DNA from: Macrostomum lignano
Lineage: Eukaryota
Direction: 5' to 3'
Assembly (NCBI GenBank): GCA_002269645.1
Contig: NIVC01001855.1
Span: 124,001-188,000, forward strand
Length of the DNA stretch: 64,000 bases
The translations under genes and the position numbers were made by a program. Positions within the stretch are counted from its first letter, which is position 1, and each line of letters opens with the position of its first letter. Under the pieces are notes generated by a model. The model had not been told where the DNA came from. It saw only the letters and a list, made by a program, of their open reading frames with translations, and made no database searches. This document shows, piece after piece, positions 35,801-50,010 of this stretch.

Positions 35801-38800
35801 CCTGCCCGACCCGGACGCTGACGGCGATGTTTTGCATTTCGCCTCGGCGTCCGAGGATCGAACCTGCCGATTGTGGTCGGTGGAGACTGGCGCCTGTCTG
35901 CAGGCCCTGACCATGCCCTGCCAGTCTATTTGGGCCGTCTGTTGGCTAGTGAATGGCGACCTGGCTGTTGCCGGCAGCGACGCTGTGAGTTGTTTATTTA
36001 TATCGGGCCTCTGCGCCTTTTTTTGTCAGCTGACTCTAAGCCTGTAAGCTAGAACTGCAGTCTTAGCAAGCAGAATCAGATGAGGACAGATAGGTAAACA
36101 GACAAATCAACGAAACGTAAACAGTGTCAACAGACACGCAAACAGACCAATGGACATACAGAACATACAGGTAAACAAGGACAGGTCAGCAAACAGATAA
36201 ACAGACAGGAAGGTTAACAGGCAAGTAAACAGATATATAAACAGGCAAATCAGCAGGCAGGTAAGCAGGTAGATAAACAGGTGCAGATAAACAGGCAGAT
36301 AAACAGGTAAATAAACAGGCAAATAAACAGGCAAGTTATTATATTGATAAACAGGCAGGTAAACAGGCAAATAAACAGGTAGGTAAACAGGCAGATAAAT
36401 AGTCAGGTAAACAGACAGGTAAAAAGGCAGATAAACACTCATCAACAGGCAGATAAATAAACAGACAGGTAAACAGACATTCAAGTAAACAGACAGGTAA
36501 ATTAACAGTAGGTAAACAGGCAGATAAACAGACGGGCAGTCATAAACAGGCAGGTAGGCAGTCAGGCGGTCATCACCTCTCGCAGCTGCATCGTGTGCCT
36601 GTTCACCTCGCACTCCCCGCCGACCAGGCCATTCGCGTATTCACAGCCGAAGCCCACCGACTGGCACCGCCTGACCTGCTGGCCGTGTACGAAGCCGAGG
36701 TCGCGGACAGCGCCATCCCGGTGAAGATCGGCGATCTGGACACAGAGAAGCTGCCCGGCCCGGAGGCCTTGACCAGGGCCGGTCAGCGGGAGGGCCAGGT
36801 TATCATGGTGAGGCGCGGCGCCAAGATTGAAGCGCATCAGTGGTCTAACGAGGAGGCCAAGTGAGTAAACAACCATTTGTTGTTTATGATAATTTTTGCA
36901 GTTTTCCACCATATACTCAGACCGTTACCCTCCCCTGAACCATCTTGAAATTGATCTTGACCCAATTCCAAGTGAGTCCAAACCACTCTGAGAATCGTCT
37001 CCAAACCATCATGAGAATCGCCCCAAACAACTCTGAGAATCGCCCCAAACCACCACGAGAATCGCCCCAAACCACCACGAGAATCGCCTCAAACCACCCT
37101 GAGAATCTCCTCCAAACCACTCTGAGAATCGCCTCCAAACCACTTTGAGAATCGCCCCAAGTCACCCTGAAAATCATTCCAAACCACCCTGAGAATCACC
37201 CCAAACCACCTTGAGAATCGCCCAATCCACCCTGAAAATCATTCCAAACCACCCTGAGAATCACCCCCAATCCACCCTGAGAATCGCCCCTAAGCCACCC
37301 TTAGAATCGCCCCCCAAGCCACCCTGAGAATCGCCCCAAGTCACTCCAAGAATCGCCCCCAATCCACCCTGAGAATCGCCCTCCAAGTCACTCCAAGAAT
37401 CGCCCCAAGCCACCCTGAGAATCGCCCCTAAGCCACCCTTAGAATCGCCCCCCAAGCCACCCTGAGAATCGCCCCAAGTCACTCCGAGAATCGCCCCCAA
37501 TCCACCCTGAGAATCGCCCTCCAAGTCACTCCAAGAATCGCCCCAAGCCACCCTGAGAATCGCCCCTAAGCCACCCTGAGAATCGCCCCCCAAGCCACCC
37601 TGAGAATCGCCCCAAGTCACTCCAAGAATCGCCCCCAATCCACCCTGAGAATCGCCCTCCAAGTCACTCCAAGAATCGCCCCAAGCCACCCTGAGAATCG
37701 CCCCTAAGCCACCCTTAGAATCGCCCCCCAAGCCACCCTGAGAATCGCCCCAAGTCACTCCAAGAATCGCCCCCAATCCACCCTGAGAATCGCCCCAAGT
37801 CACCCCAAGAATCGCCCCCCAAGCCACCCCAAACCACTCAAATACATGGAATCAATTAGTCAATTTTCAATCTCATACCCTTGATCCACTTTCAATAACT
37901 ATCAGATGGCAAAAGGTAGGCGACGTTGTTGGCGGAGAAGGCGGAGAGACAGTCAACAGCGGAGGCGGCGGCAGCGGCGGCTGCGGCAGCGGCGGCCAGA
38001 CCCGTTTTGAAGGCCAAGACTACGATTTTGTGTTCACCGTAGACGTTGAAGAAGGCAAGCCGCCTCTGAAGCTGCCTTACAATCGCACCGAAGATCCTTG
38101 GTTCGCTGCTCAAAGATTTATTGACAAGCACCTGCTGCCGCAGGCCTACCTGGATCAGGTGGCCCAGTTTATTAGGACCAACGCTGGCGAGACTCCAACT
38201 ATTAGTCAGGGCACCTATGCGGATCCCTACACCGGCTCTGGCAGGTACATACCCGGTAGCGGCACTAGTGATGGTGGAACTGGCGGAGGCTTTAGCGACC
38301 CCTTCACCGGTGGCAACCGGTACGTGCCTGGCGGCGCTGGGGTTGGAGGCGGCGCTAGCGGCGGACGAGGAGTCACCCCCGAATTAAAGGCCAAGTGAGG
38401 TGTTTCTCCTGTTGGCATGGGATTTGGGATATTTGAGATTTTTAATTAGTGTCACTGTGGGATCTGGTTTATGGGATTCTCTAATTGGTGTGGGATATGG
38501 GATAGGATTCTCTAATTGGTGTGGGATATGGGATAGGATTCTCTAATTGGTGTAGAATATTGGATGGGACATTCTCTAATTGGTGTGGGATATGGGATAG
38601 GATTCTCTAATTGGTGTGGGATATGGGATGGGACATTCTCTAATTGGTGTGGGATATTGGATGGGACATTCTCTAATTGGTGTGGGATATGGGATGGGAT
38701 TCTCTAATTGGTGTATAATATTGGATGGGACATTCTCTAATTGGTGTGGGATATGGGATAGGATTCTCTAATTGGTGTGGGATATTGGGATGAAGCTCTG

Positions 38801-40315
38801 ATTGAAATGCAATAGGTTTTTTATGTATGAAAAGTATAAAAACAGAAAAATCATATTTTTATTGTCTTGAATTAAAAAAACATTACTACTTTGAACTTGG
38901 GGTTTTTTACTTTAAGTAGTCTGACACGCAAATCTGCTGATTATCTAAGGTCGCAACATCGGTATATATAAAGCTACATAAGAGCCGCGTTCACACACCT
39001 TTCAGATACCTGCCCTACAAGGAGTTGCAGATTCTGTCAGCTGGCAACATGGCCGGGCTGCGTAAGAAACTTGGCGAACTGGCCGCCTCGGTGCCAGCAG
39101 ACCTGCCCGATCGGCTGGGCGCACTGGTGGAATCCGGGATCAGTCAGGGAGACTCAGCCGATGCCCGACTGATTCTGTCCATTGCTGACACGGCTTTGAA
39201 TGGAGTTTCAGATTGCTCTCTGCCTCTGCTTGATGTGCTGCGAATGGCTTGCAGATTTCCTGTGGCTGCTCAGATCCTGTTGGAATCCGGCAGTGCAACT
39301 GTAGCTCAGTTGTTGGCTAAATTTCTGTCTCCTAGTAGCAGTCTGCCGTGTCAGATGCTCGCGGCCAGGCTGCTGGCCAATTTAGCTGCAACTGAGGCTG
39401 GTAAAGTTTGGCTAGTTGGCAATTTTAAATCGGTGCTCGAATTAATTGATCAGCTGGACTTTGCCAAGGAGAATGCCGGCTGGCAGGTGAGCGAGTCGAC
39501 TCTGAACTGCTGGCTTATTTGTTGTTTTTGTCATGCACTGTTTGACTCATTTAGTCATGCACTGTTTGAGTCATTCAGTCATGCACTGCTTGACTCATTT
39601 AGTCATGCACTGTTTGAGTCATTCAGTCATGCACTGCTTGACTCATTCAGTCATGCACTGTTTGAGTCATTCAGTCATGCACTGCTTGACTCATTTAGTC
39701 ATGCACTGTTTGAGTCATTCAGTCATGCACTGCTTGACTCATTCAGTCATGCACTGTTTGAGTCATTCACTCATGCACTGCTTGACTCATTCAGTCATGC
39801 ACTGTTTGAGTCATTAAGTCATGCACTGTTTGAGTCATTCACTCATGCACTGTTTGAGTCATTCAGTCATTCACTTAGTCTGTCAGTCATTCACTGAGTC
39901 ATTCAATCATTCACTGAGTCATTCAGTCATTCACTGAGTCAGTCAGTCATTCACTGAGTCATTCAGTCATTCTTTAAGCAGCCAACCACTCTCGGCCCAA
40001 ACCTCCCAGACGGCCGTCTCATCAGCCCTGTGCAACCTGTCCCAGTTGGTGCAGCAGCAGGCCGAGTGCCCGGAGTCCTCAGCTGACCGGCTGCTCGAAT
40101 TGCTGCACCGCATGCTGGCCAAAGCTGGCTCGGCACTGAAAGACGAGCCCGCATTTCTCGTGGTTGTGTCGGTTGGAAACCTGCTGCTCACGAGACCGGG
40201 ATCAGCTGTTCGGGCTAAGGACCTGGGCTTGAAGCCGCTGCTGCACCGGTTCACGGATACCAGCTATTCTGTGAGGCTGACCGAAGCCGCCACGGTCGTG
40301 AGCTGCCAGTTCTGA
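32831..40315 (+). CDS. PLAA: Phospholipase A-2-activating protein / Doa1-Ufd3 (WD40 + PFU + PUL), about 838 aa
   Basis: Exons 32831-33136, 34536-34856, 35604-35984, 36628-36860, 37906-38394, 39006-39486 and 40010-40315 (2517 nt, phases consistent). YRLSCSLLGHEKDVK, WD40 repeats (SASWDRTARLW, SCSNDATLRLW, SASEDRTCRLW), PFU (FEGQDYDFVFTVDVEEGKPPLKLPYNRTEDPWFAAQRFI), DPFTGGNRYVPG and PUL (LPLLDVLR, VVSVGNLL). Confidence 0.96.
33210..34425. repeat. C-rich ~31-33-bp array (CATATTCCCCATGAATCCCCATTCTCCCCAC-like), PLAA intron 1
   Basis: Direct reading. Confidence 0.95.
34865..35548. repeat. 21-bp array (GGGATTTCAGATTAGGGAATT)n, PLAA intron 2
   Basis: Direct reading. Confidence 0.92.
36090..36560. 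repeat. Degenerate GTAAACAG/CAGG array, PLAA intron 3
   Basis: Direct reading. Confidence 0.8.
36975..37835. repeat. 22-23-bp GAGAATCGCCCC-core array with higher-order units, PLAA intron 4
   Basis: Direct reading. Confidence 0.92.
38415..38790. repeat. ~31-bp array (GGATTCTCTAATTGGTGTGGGATATGGGATA)n, PLAA intron 5
   Basis: Direct reading. Confidence 0.9.
39530..39972. repeat. 24-bp array (AGTCATGCACTGTTTGAGTCATTC)n grading into AGTCATTC, PLAA intron 6
   Basis: Direct reading. Confidence 0.92.
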
Positions 40316-40624
40316 GCCAAAGGCCTAGCAAAACGGAAGTTAGTATAGGCCCCTGTCGCCTGCGCCTGAACGTTGACAGCCTATGTTGTTTGATTTTTGT
40401 GTCTCATTCATTTCATTCAATCAGTGTTTCTCTCCCTTGTTTGTAAACTGTTATGACTGGCTGACTGTCATTGGGTTTTGTGGTTTTTTTTAAAATCTCA
40501 ATGCCTCTTCCTTTTCTTCTATTTTTATGCTCGCCACCTTCCCAGTCTTTTTCTATACTAACTTCTTCCTGTCCGCCTGTGTATTGTCTGGGTTATTCTG
40601 CTTTTTTATGGCACACTCTCCGAT

Positions 40625-41600
40625 TCTCTGAGTCTGTCACTCCCCAGTTCTCTGAGTCTGTCACTCCCCCGGTTCTCTTAGTCTGTCACTTCCCTATTAT
40701 CTGAGTCTGTCACTCCCCGGTTCTCTTTGAGTCTGTCACTCCCCCGGTTCTCTGAGTCTGTCACTCCCCCGGTTCTCTTAGTCTGTCACTTCCCTATTAT
40801 CTGAGTCTGTCACTCCCCGTTCTCTTAGAGCCTGTCACTCCCCGGTTCTCTTTGAATCTGTCACTCCCCGGTTCTCTGAGTCTGTCACTCCCCGGTTCTC
40901 TTAGTCTGTCACTTCCCTATTATCTGAGTCTGTCACTCCCCGTTCTCTTAGAGCCTGTCACTCCCCGGTTCTCTTTGAATCTGTCACTCCCCGGTTCTCT
41001 TAGTCTGTCACTCCTTAGTTCTCTGAGTCTGTCACTCCCCGGTTCTCTTAGTCTGTCACTTCCCTATTATCTGAGTCTGTCACTCCCCGGTTCTCTTAGT
41101 CTGTCACTTCCCTATTATCTGAGTCTGTCACTCCCCGGTTCTCTTTGAGTCTGTCACTCCCCCGGTTCTCTGAGTCTGTCACTTCCCTATTATCTGAGTC
41201 TGTCACTCCCCGTTCTCTTAGAGCCTGTCACTCCCCGGTTCTCTTTGAATCTGTCACTCCCCGGTTCTCTGAGTCTGTCACTCCCCGGTTCTCTTAGTCT
41301 GTCACTTCCCTATTATCTGAGTCTGTCACTCCCCGTTCTCTTAGAGCCTGTCACTCCCCGGTTCTCTTTGAATCTGTCACTCCCCGGTTCTCTTAGTCTG
41401 TCACTTCCCTATTATCTGAGTCTGTCACTCCCCGGTTCTCTTAGTCTGTCACTTCCCTATTATCTGAGTCTGTCACTCCCCGGTTCTCTTAGTCTGTCAC
41501 TTCCCTATTATCTGAGTCTGTCACTCCCCCGTTCTCTTTGAGTCTGTCACTCCCCGGTTCTCTTAGTCTGTCACTCCCCATTTCTCTGAGTAAGTCTGTC
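40625..41600. repeat. 24-bp array (CTGAGTCTGTCACTCCCCGGTTCT)n with a 393-bp higher-order duplication
   Basis: Direct reading. Near-identical repeat ORFs at 40852 and 41245. Confidence 0.93.
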
Positions 41601-42084
41601 ACTCCTGATTATCCTAATCAAGCAGTCTGTCACTGCCTGTTTCTGTTCTGTCAGTTCAATAAAAGTAAATTATATTAACCGGTATAAAAAAGCGTGCTTA
41701 CCCAGTGACTCTCAAAGTATCATAAAACCGATATAATTTGAATTGCACTTAATTATAGGCCTTCTAAAAGCCCTGGTATCTTCATTGTACTCCAGGTGAA
41801 TCACTTGGCCTGTGTTCTTGCTGGCGTTCGAGCAATTATAAGACGCATTCTATTGTTTAAAAACTTGTCCAACCCTCTGTTATGCCGATTGATTTAATAT
41901 TTTTGTTAATTATTTTCAAATACACTATAGCCAAGTGTTTCATTTGCCTATAGGTTTTCTTGCGCTTTAAAAGTTAAGTTTTGGTTAGTAAAAATTCTGC
42001 TTGGAAAAATTCAGTGTTTGTTTATTTCATCAGTTTATTAATCTGCTGGCTCCTGTAATTCTGTAGTATTTTTACTTTCCTTAG

Positions 42085-42592
42085 TCTCCTATTCACTCTC
42101 GTTGTCACTCCGAGTCTCCCATTCACTCTACTTGGCACTCCGAGTCTCCTATTCACTCCCGTTGTCACTCTTTCCCAGTCTCCTATTCACTCTCGTTGTC
42201 ACTCCGAGTCTCCTGTTCACTCTACTTGGCACTTCAAGTCTCCTATTCACTCTACTTTGTCACTCCGAGTCTCCTATTCACTCTCGTTATCACTCTGAGT
42301 CTCCTATTCACTCCCGTTGTCACTCCGAGTCTCCTATTCACTCTCGTTATCACTCTGAGTCTCCTATTCACTCCCGTTGTCACTCCGAGTCTCCTATTCA
42401 CTCTCGTTATCACTCTGAGTCTCCTATTCACTTCCGTTGTCACTCCGAGTCTCCTATTCACTCTACTTGGCACTCCAAGTCTCCTATTCACTCTCGTTAT
42501 CACTCCGAGTCTCCTATTCACTCTACTTGGCACTCCAAGTCTCCTATTCACTCTACTTGTCACTCCGAGTCTCCTATTCACTCTCGTTGTCA
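42085..42592. repeat. 30-bp array (GTCACTCCGAGTCTCCTATTCACTCTCGTT)n
   Basis: Direct reading. Confidence 0.93.
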
Positions 42593-43084
42593 ATCTAAAC
42601 ACCTTTATACTTGTCTGTAACTCTCTAATGTCACTCTATAGGCCTCCCTTCGCTCCCGTCAGCCTATCCAGGCTCTCTTTCCCACTCAGACTCCAAACGG
42701 CCAAGCCTCTGCTTGTCAAATGGCGCTTCTGGCCTCTGTTCGGCTGGTTTCTTATTTCTGTGTTATCTACTAGAAGCGGCGCGCCAATTGGTCAACTCTG
42801 GGCAGGGGTGAGGCGGGGACGTGGGACACCTATTGCATCTCTTCCCCCCTCACCCGGTCGGGCCTTTCCCTAAGAAACCCAATGCTACTTGTGCCCGTGT
42901 CGGATTTTTGAAATGAGTCAGGCCTGATTTCGAACTGGCAAAACGAACTTCGAATTGCAAAGATTATTTTGCTTTGAGAATGGCTTTTTCGAACTAGAGA
43001 TTTGCTGTCTCGGATTATCGGATCGCTTTAATAGAAGGTAAGGCAAACTGGGTCTGATTGTCGGCTAAGTTATTGATTGCTATG

Positions 43085-46000
43085 AGTGAATAGAATAGGA
43101 GATATACTTGGATAGAATGGGTGACATACTGAAGGATAGAATAGGTGATATACTGAAGGATAGAATAGGCGATATACTGAAGGATACAATGGGTGATATA
43201 GTGATGGATAGAATAGGTGATATACTGAAGGATACAATGGGTGATATAGTGATGGATAGAATGGGTGATATACTGAAGGATAGAATGGGTGATATACTGA
43301 TGGATAGAATAGGTGATATACTGAAGGATAGAATGGGTGATATAGTCATGGATAGAATGGGTGATATACTGAAGGATAGAATAGGTGATATACTGATGGA
43401 TAGGATAAGTGATATACTGATGGATAGAATGGGTGATATACTGATGGATAGAATGGGTGATAAACTGATGGATAGAATGGGTGATATACTGATGGATAGA
43501 ATGGGTGATATACTGATGGATAGAATGGGTGATAAACTGATGGATTTGATAAGTGATATACTGATGGATAGAATGGGTGATATACTGAAGGATAGAATAG
43601 GTGATATACTGATGGATAGGATAAGTGATATACTGAATGATAGAATAGGTGATATACTGAAGGATAGAATGGTTGATATACTGAAGGATAGAATGGGTGA
43701 TATACTGAAGGATAGAATGGGTGATATACTGAAGGATAGAATGAGTGATATACTGAATGATAGAATAGGTGATATACTGATGGATAGAATGGTTGATATA
43801 CTGAAGGATAGAATGGGTGATATACTGAAGGATAGAATGGGTGATATACTGAAGGATAGAATAGGTGATATACTGAAGGATAGAATGGGTGGTATACTGA
43901 TGGATAGAATGGGTGATATACTGATGGATAGAATGGGTGATAAACTGATGGATAGAATGGGTGATATACTGATGGATAGAATGGGTGATATACTGAAGGA
44001 TAGAATAGGTGATATACTGAAGGAAAGAATGGGTGATATACTGAAGGATAGAATGGGTGATATACTGAAGGATAGAATAGGTGATATACTGAAGGAAAGA
44101 ATGGGTGATATACTGATGGATAGAATTGGTGATATACTGAAGGATAGAATTGGTGATATACTGAAGGATAGAATTGGTGATATACTGATAGATAGAATGG
44201 GTGACATACTGAAGGATAGAATAGGTGATATACTGAAGGATAGAATAGGCGATATACTGAAGGATACAATGGGTGATATAGTGATGGATAGAATAGGTGA
44301 TATACTGAAGGATACAATGGGTGATATAGTGATGGATAGAATGGGTGATATACTGAAGGATAGAATGGGTGATATACTGATGGATAGAATAGGTGATATA
44401 CTGAAGGATAGAATGGGTGATATAGTCATGGATAGAATGGGTGATATACTGAAGGATAGAATAGGTGATATACTGATGGATAGGATAAGTGATATACTGA
44501 TGGATAGAATGGGTGATATACTGATGGATAGAATGGGTGATAAACTGATGGATAGAATGGGTGATAAACTGATGGATTTGATAAGTGATATACTGATGGA
44601 TATGATAAGTGATATACTGATGGATAGAATGGGTGATATACTGAAGGATAGAATAGGTGATATACTGATGGATAGGATAAGTGATATACTGAATGATAGA
44701 ATAGGTGATATACTGAAGGATAGAATGGTTGATATACTGAAGGATAGAATGGGTGATATACTGAAGGATAGAATGGGTGATATACTGAAGGATAGAATGA
44801 GTGATATACTGAATGATAGAATAGGTGATATACTGATGGATAGAATGGTTGATATACTGAAGGATAGAATGGGTGATATACTGAAGGATAGAATGGGTGA
44901 TATACTGAAGGATAGAATAGGTGATATACTGAAGGATAGAATGGGTGGTATACTGATGGATAGAATGGGTGATATACTGATGGATAGAATGGGTGATAAA
45001 CTGATGGATAGAATGGGTGATATACTGATGGATAGAATGGGTGATATACTGAAGGATAGAATAGGTGATATACTGAAGGAAAGAATGGGTGATATACTGA
45101 AGGATAGAATGGGTGATATACTGAAGGATAGAATAGGTGATATACTGAAGGAAAGAATGGGTGATATACTGATGGATAGAATTGGTGATATACTGAAGGA
45201 TAGAATTGGTGATATACTGAAGGATAGAATTGGTGATATACTGATAGATAGAATTGGTGATATACTGAAGGATAGAATTGGTGATATACTGAAGGATAGA
45301 ATTTGTGATATACTGAAGGATAGAATTTGTGATATACTGATTGATAGAATGGTTGATATACTGAAGGATAGAATGGGTGATATACTGATGGATAGAATGG
45401 GTGATATACTGAAGGATAGAATTGGTGATATACTGATGGATAGAATGGTTGATATACTGAAGGATAGAATGGGTGATATACTGAAGGATAGAATGGGTGA
45501 TATACTGAAGAATAGAATGAGTGATATACTGAATGATAGAATAGGTGATATACTGAAGGATAGAATGGTTGATATACTGAAGGATAGAATGGGTGATATA
45601 CTGAAGGATAGAATGGGTGATATACTGAAGGATAGAATGAGTGATATACTGAATGATAGAATAGGTGATATACTGATGGATAGAATGGTTGATATACTGA
45701 AGGATAGAATGGGTGATATACTGAAGGATAGAATGGGTGATATACTGAAGGATAGAATAGGTGATATACTGAAGGATAGAATGGGTGGTATACTGATGGA
45801 TAGAATGGGTGATATACTGATGGATAGAATGGGTGATAAACTGATGGATAGAATGGGTGATATACTGATGGATAGAATGGGTGATATACTGAAGGATAGA
45901 ATAGGTGATATACTGAAGGAAAGAATGGGTGATATACTGAAGGATAGAATGGGTGATATACTGAAGGATAGAATTTGTGATATACTGATTGATAGAATGG

Positions 46001-47095
46001 TTGATATACTGAAGGATAGAATGGGTGATATACTGATGGATAGAATGGGTGATATACTGAAGGATAGAATGGTTGATATACTGAAGGATAGAATGGGTGA
46101 TATACTGAAGGATAGAATGGGTGATATACTGAAGGATAGAATGGGTGATATACTGAAGGATAGAATGAGTGATATACTGAATGATAGAATGGGTGATAAA
46201 CTGATGGATAGAATGGGTGATATACTGATGGATAGAATGGGTGATATACCGAAGGATAGAATGGGTGATATAGTGATGGATAGAATGGGTGATATACTGA
46301 AGGATAGAATAGGTGATGTACTGAAGGATAGAATAGGTGATATACTGAAGGATAGAATAGGTGATGTACTGAAGGATAGAATAGGTGGTATACTGAAGGA
46401 TAGAATAGGTGATATACTGAAGGATAGAATGGGTGGTATACTGATGGATAGAATGGGTGATATACTGATGGATAGAATGGGTGATAAACTGATGGATAGA
46501 ATGGGTGATATACTGATGGATAGAATGGGTGATATACTGAAGGATAGAATAGGTGATATACTGAAGGAAAGAATGGGTGATATACTGAAGGATAGAATGG
46601 GTGATATACTGAAGGATAGAATTTGTGATATACTGATTGATAGAATGGTTGATATACTGAAGGATAGAATGGGTGATATACTGATGGATAGAATGGGTGA
46701 TATACTGAAGGATAGAATGGTTGATATACTGAAGGATAGAATGGGTGATATACTGAAGGATAGAATGGGTGATATACTGAAGGATAGAATGGGTGATATA
46801 CTGAAGGATAGAATGAGTGATATACTGAATGATAGAATGGGTGATAAACTGATGGATAGAATGGGTGATATACTGATGGATAGAATGGGTGATATACCGA
46901 AGGATAGAATGGGTGATATAGTGATGGATAGAATGGGTGATATACTGAAGGATAGAATAGGTGATGTACTGAAGGATAGAATAGGTGATATACTGAAGGA
47001 TAGAATAGGTGATGTACTGAAGGATAGAATAGGTGGTATACTGAAGGATAGAATAGGTGATATACTGAAGGATAGAATGGGTGGTATACTGATGG
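43085..47095. repeat. 4-kb 24-bp satellite (GATAGAATGGGTGATATACTGAAG)n with 1080-bp and 648-bp higher-order duplications
   Basis: About 166 units. Diagnostic variant GTGACATACT at 43121 and 44201 (45 units apart). GAATTTGTGATATACTGATT at 45971 and 46619 (27 units apart). Confidence 0.97.
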
Positions 47096-47554
47096 AAAAA
47101 ATGAATAACTTTCAAATGAACAAAGTGGGTCAGTGTGATGATAATGAGGCCCATTTTTCAAGAAGTACATCGATGTCCTTTTGCATGCAGTCTGGCTCGT
47201 ACTGTACAGCAGAGTTTCGCAACCAGATTCCCTCACGCGAAAGTTGAACAGAGAAATTTTGTAGTAAAAAGCATTTTTTATATAGGAAGGAGCCTAGGCT
47301 TGCCTGTGTAAGATCTCTTTGATGTCTAATCCCGATCCTTCATCATGGATGTTGAGCTGTTCTGACAGTCAACGCATGGCTGGCGCCTGACTCTTGTCTT
47401 TTGAGGCTTATACTGTGAGTAACTGAAACTAGTTGATGTGCGACAATGGATCATGAACTAGAAATTATTATTTATTACAAATTTGGCACTCCTGCTGACA
47501 TGCAAACTTTTGGCGCCTCCTGACACTAGATTGCATCGCTTTTTGGCACCCAAA

Positions 47555-48056
47555 ATGAGCGCCTTCTGACACTCAAATTGGGCGCCTCCTGACACTCAAA
47601 TTGGGCGCCTCCTGACACTCAAATTGAGCGCCTCCTGACACTCAAATTGGGCGCCTCCTGACACTCAAATTGAGCGCCTCCTGACACTCAAATTGGGCGC
47701 CTCCTGACACTCAAATTGAGCGCCTCCGGACACTTAAATTGAGCGCCTCCTGACACTCAAATTGGGCGCCTCCTGACACTCAAATTGAGCGCCTCCTGAC
47801 ACTCAAATTGGTCGCCTCCTGACACTCAAATTGGGCGCCTCTTGACACTCAAATTGAGCGCCTCCTGACACTCAAATTGGGCGCCTCCGGACACTTAAAT
47901 TGAGCGCCTCCTGACATTCAAATTGAGCGCCTCCTGACACTCAAATTGAGCGCCTCTTAACACTCAAATTGGGCGCCTCCTGACACTCAAATTGGGCGCC
48001 TCTTGACACTCAAATTGGGCGCCTCCTGACACTCAAATTGGGCGCCTCCTGACACT
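47555..48056. repeat. 23-bp array (GACACTCAAATTGGGCGCCTCCT)n
   Basis: Direct reading. Confidence 0.95.
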
Positions 48057-49029
48057 GACTCCAGTCAGCACTGAAAGACAACTCGTAATTGTGCAATTTT
48101 TCATACACGGCAAGCCTGATTATTTCGAGGATTTATACATGCCCGTCACCCCCTTAGTGGCGCCGATGGTGGAGGGCAGGAAGCTGAGCCATGTGCGCTG
48201 CCTCTCTCTCGCTAGATTTTTAAATGGATTTTAACTGTAAGCTGGCCAAAGCTTTGACACCTGCTTTCGCGTGGATCAGCCGAAAGAGCACGGGGAAACT
48301 CTGGGGGGGGGAAGGAACTGTAGGATCCGCCTCTTGATGTCATCGAATTACCTCTTAGTCTTCCCACCTCTGAGCAGTCGTGTGTGCTCACTTTCACCTT
48401 TCGGTTCGCAGCCTCTCTTCTCCATCATCTAGATTGGGTTTGGGGGCGGGGGCGGGGATGTAGGGTCATATCTATTTCAGTGCTAGTCAGCTCACTTTGA
48501 TTCAAGCGGTTTTCTGTTCTATCACTGAAAGCCTTTTAATTAAATTTTCTCTGAACTGGAACAATTCCAGTAGATGGAAAAGTGGCTGTCATCTCGCACA
48601 GGTGCTAAAAAAGTTACAAAATCAAAGTCTGCTAATATTGTAATAGTAGCACTGTCTCAGCTGCATCCAACTATAGCCAAGGAATTTCCACTTGGATGAG
48701 GAAGACCTGCATGGAGCTATAGGCAGTATAGCTGGGAATAGCTTGTGCCTGCCCCATCGGTGACTGACACACAGGCACTGACTGACCTTGTAAATTAATG
48801 ACCACTAGCTATGGCTACATATATCGAATTCATCCGTTTCGCGTCTTCCTGCATCAGTTCGAATTCGCTGTTAACTTTGAAAAATGTGCATAGCCTGAGC
48901 CAGTCCACTCTTAGGGTAAAAGCCTGTGTTAAAACCTGATTTATGATTTATAAGTTAATTTTTACTATTTCTCTTGTAAATCGTGCGGGTAAACGCAGTA
49001 TAGAAAAGAGGGTTGACGGTAATGTGATA

Positions 49030-50010
49030 GGCAAAAAAGGTAAGAGAAAGCAATGAGGGGTGAGAGAGGGTAAAGAGGGCGAGAGGGTTGAGAGGGAGTA
49101 TAGACAGTTGAGAGAGGGTAAAGCGAGGGGAGAAAAGGTAAGGAGTGGGAAGAGAGGGTAAAGAGAGGCGAGAGAGGGTAAAGAGAGGTGAGAGAGGGTA
49201 AAGAGAGGCGAGAGAGGGTAAAGAGAGGTGAGAGAGGGTAAAGATAGGTGAGAGAGGGTAAAGATAGGTGAGAGAGGGTAATGAGAGGTGAGAGAGGGTA
49301 AAGAGAGGCGAGAGAGGGTAAAGAGAGGTGAGAGAGGGTAAAGAGAGGCGAGAGAGGGTAAAGAGAGGTGAGAGAGGGTAGAGAGAGACGAGGGAGGGTA
49401 GAGAGAGGTGAGGAAGGGTAGAGAGAGGTGAGGGAGGGTAGAGAGAGGTGATTGGGGGTAAAGAGAGGTGAGAGAGGGTAAAGAGAGGTGACAGAGGGTA
49501 AAGAGAGTTGAGAGAGGGTAAAGAGAGGTGAGAGAGGGTAAAGATAGGTGAGAGAGGGTAAAGATAGGTGAGAGAGGGTAATGAGAGGTGAGAGAGGGTA
49601 AAGAGAGGCGAGAGAGGGTAAAGAGAGGTGAGAGAGGGTAAAGAGAGGCGAGAGAGGGTAAAGAGAGGTGAGAGAGGGTAAAGAGAGGCGAGAGAGGGTA
49701 AAGAGAGGTGAGAGAGGGTAAAGAGAGGTGAGAGAGGGTAAAGAGAGGGGAGAAAGGGTAAAGAAAGATGAGAGAGGGTAAAGAGAGGTGAGGGAGGGTA
49801 GAGAGAGACGAGGGAGGGTAGAGAGAGGTGAGGAAGGGTAGAGAGAGGTGAGGGAGGGTAGAGAGAGGTGATTGGGGGTAAAGAGAGGTGAGAGAGGGTA
49901 AAGATAGGTGAGAGAGGGTAAAGATAGGTGAGAGAGGGTAATGAGAGGTGAGAGAGGGTAAAGAGAGGTGAGAGAGGATAAAGATAGGTGAGAGAGGGTA
50001 AAGAGAGGCG
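49030..50010. repeat. 20-bp GA-rich array (GAGAGAGGGTAAAGAGAGGT)n
   Basis: Direct reading. Confidence 0.95.

Noticed and set aside
43015-47247. 1379-aa ORFs on both strands (and 936-, 449- and 323-aa ORFs)
   Set aside because: They are entirely a 24-bp tandem repeat whose unit has no stop in several frames. No splice or domain context.
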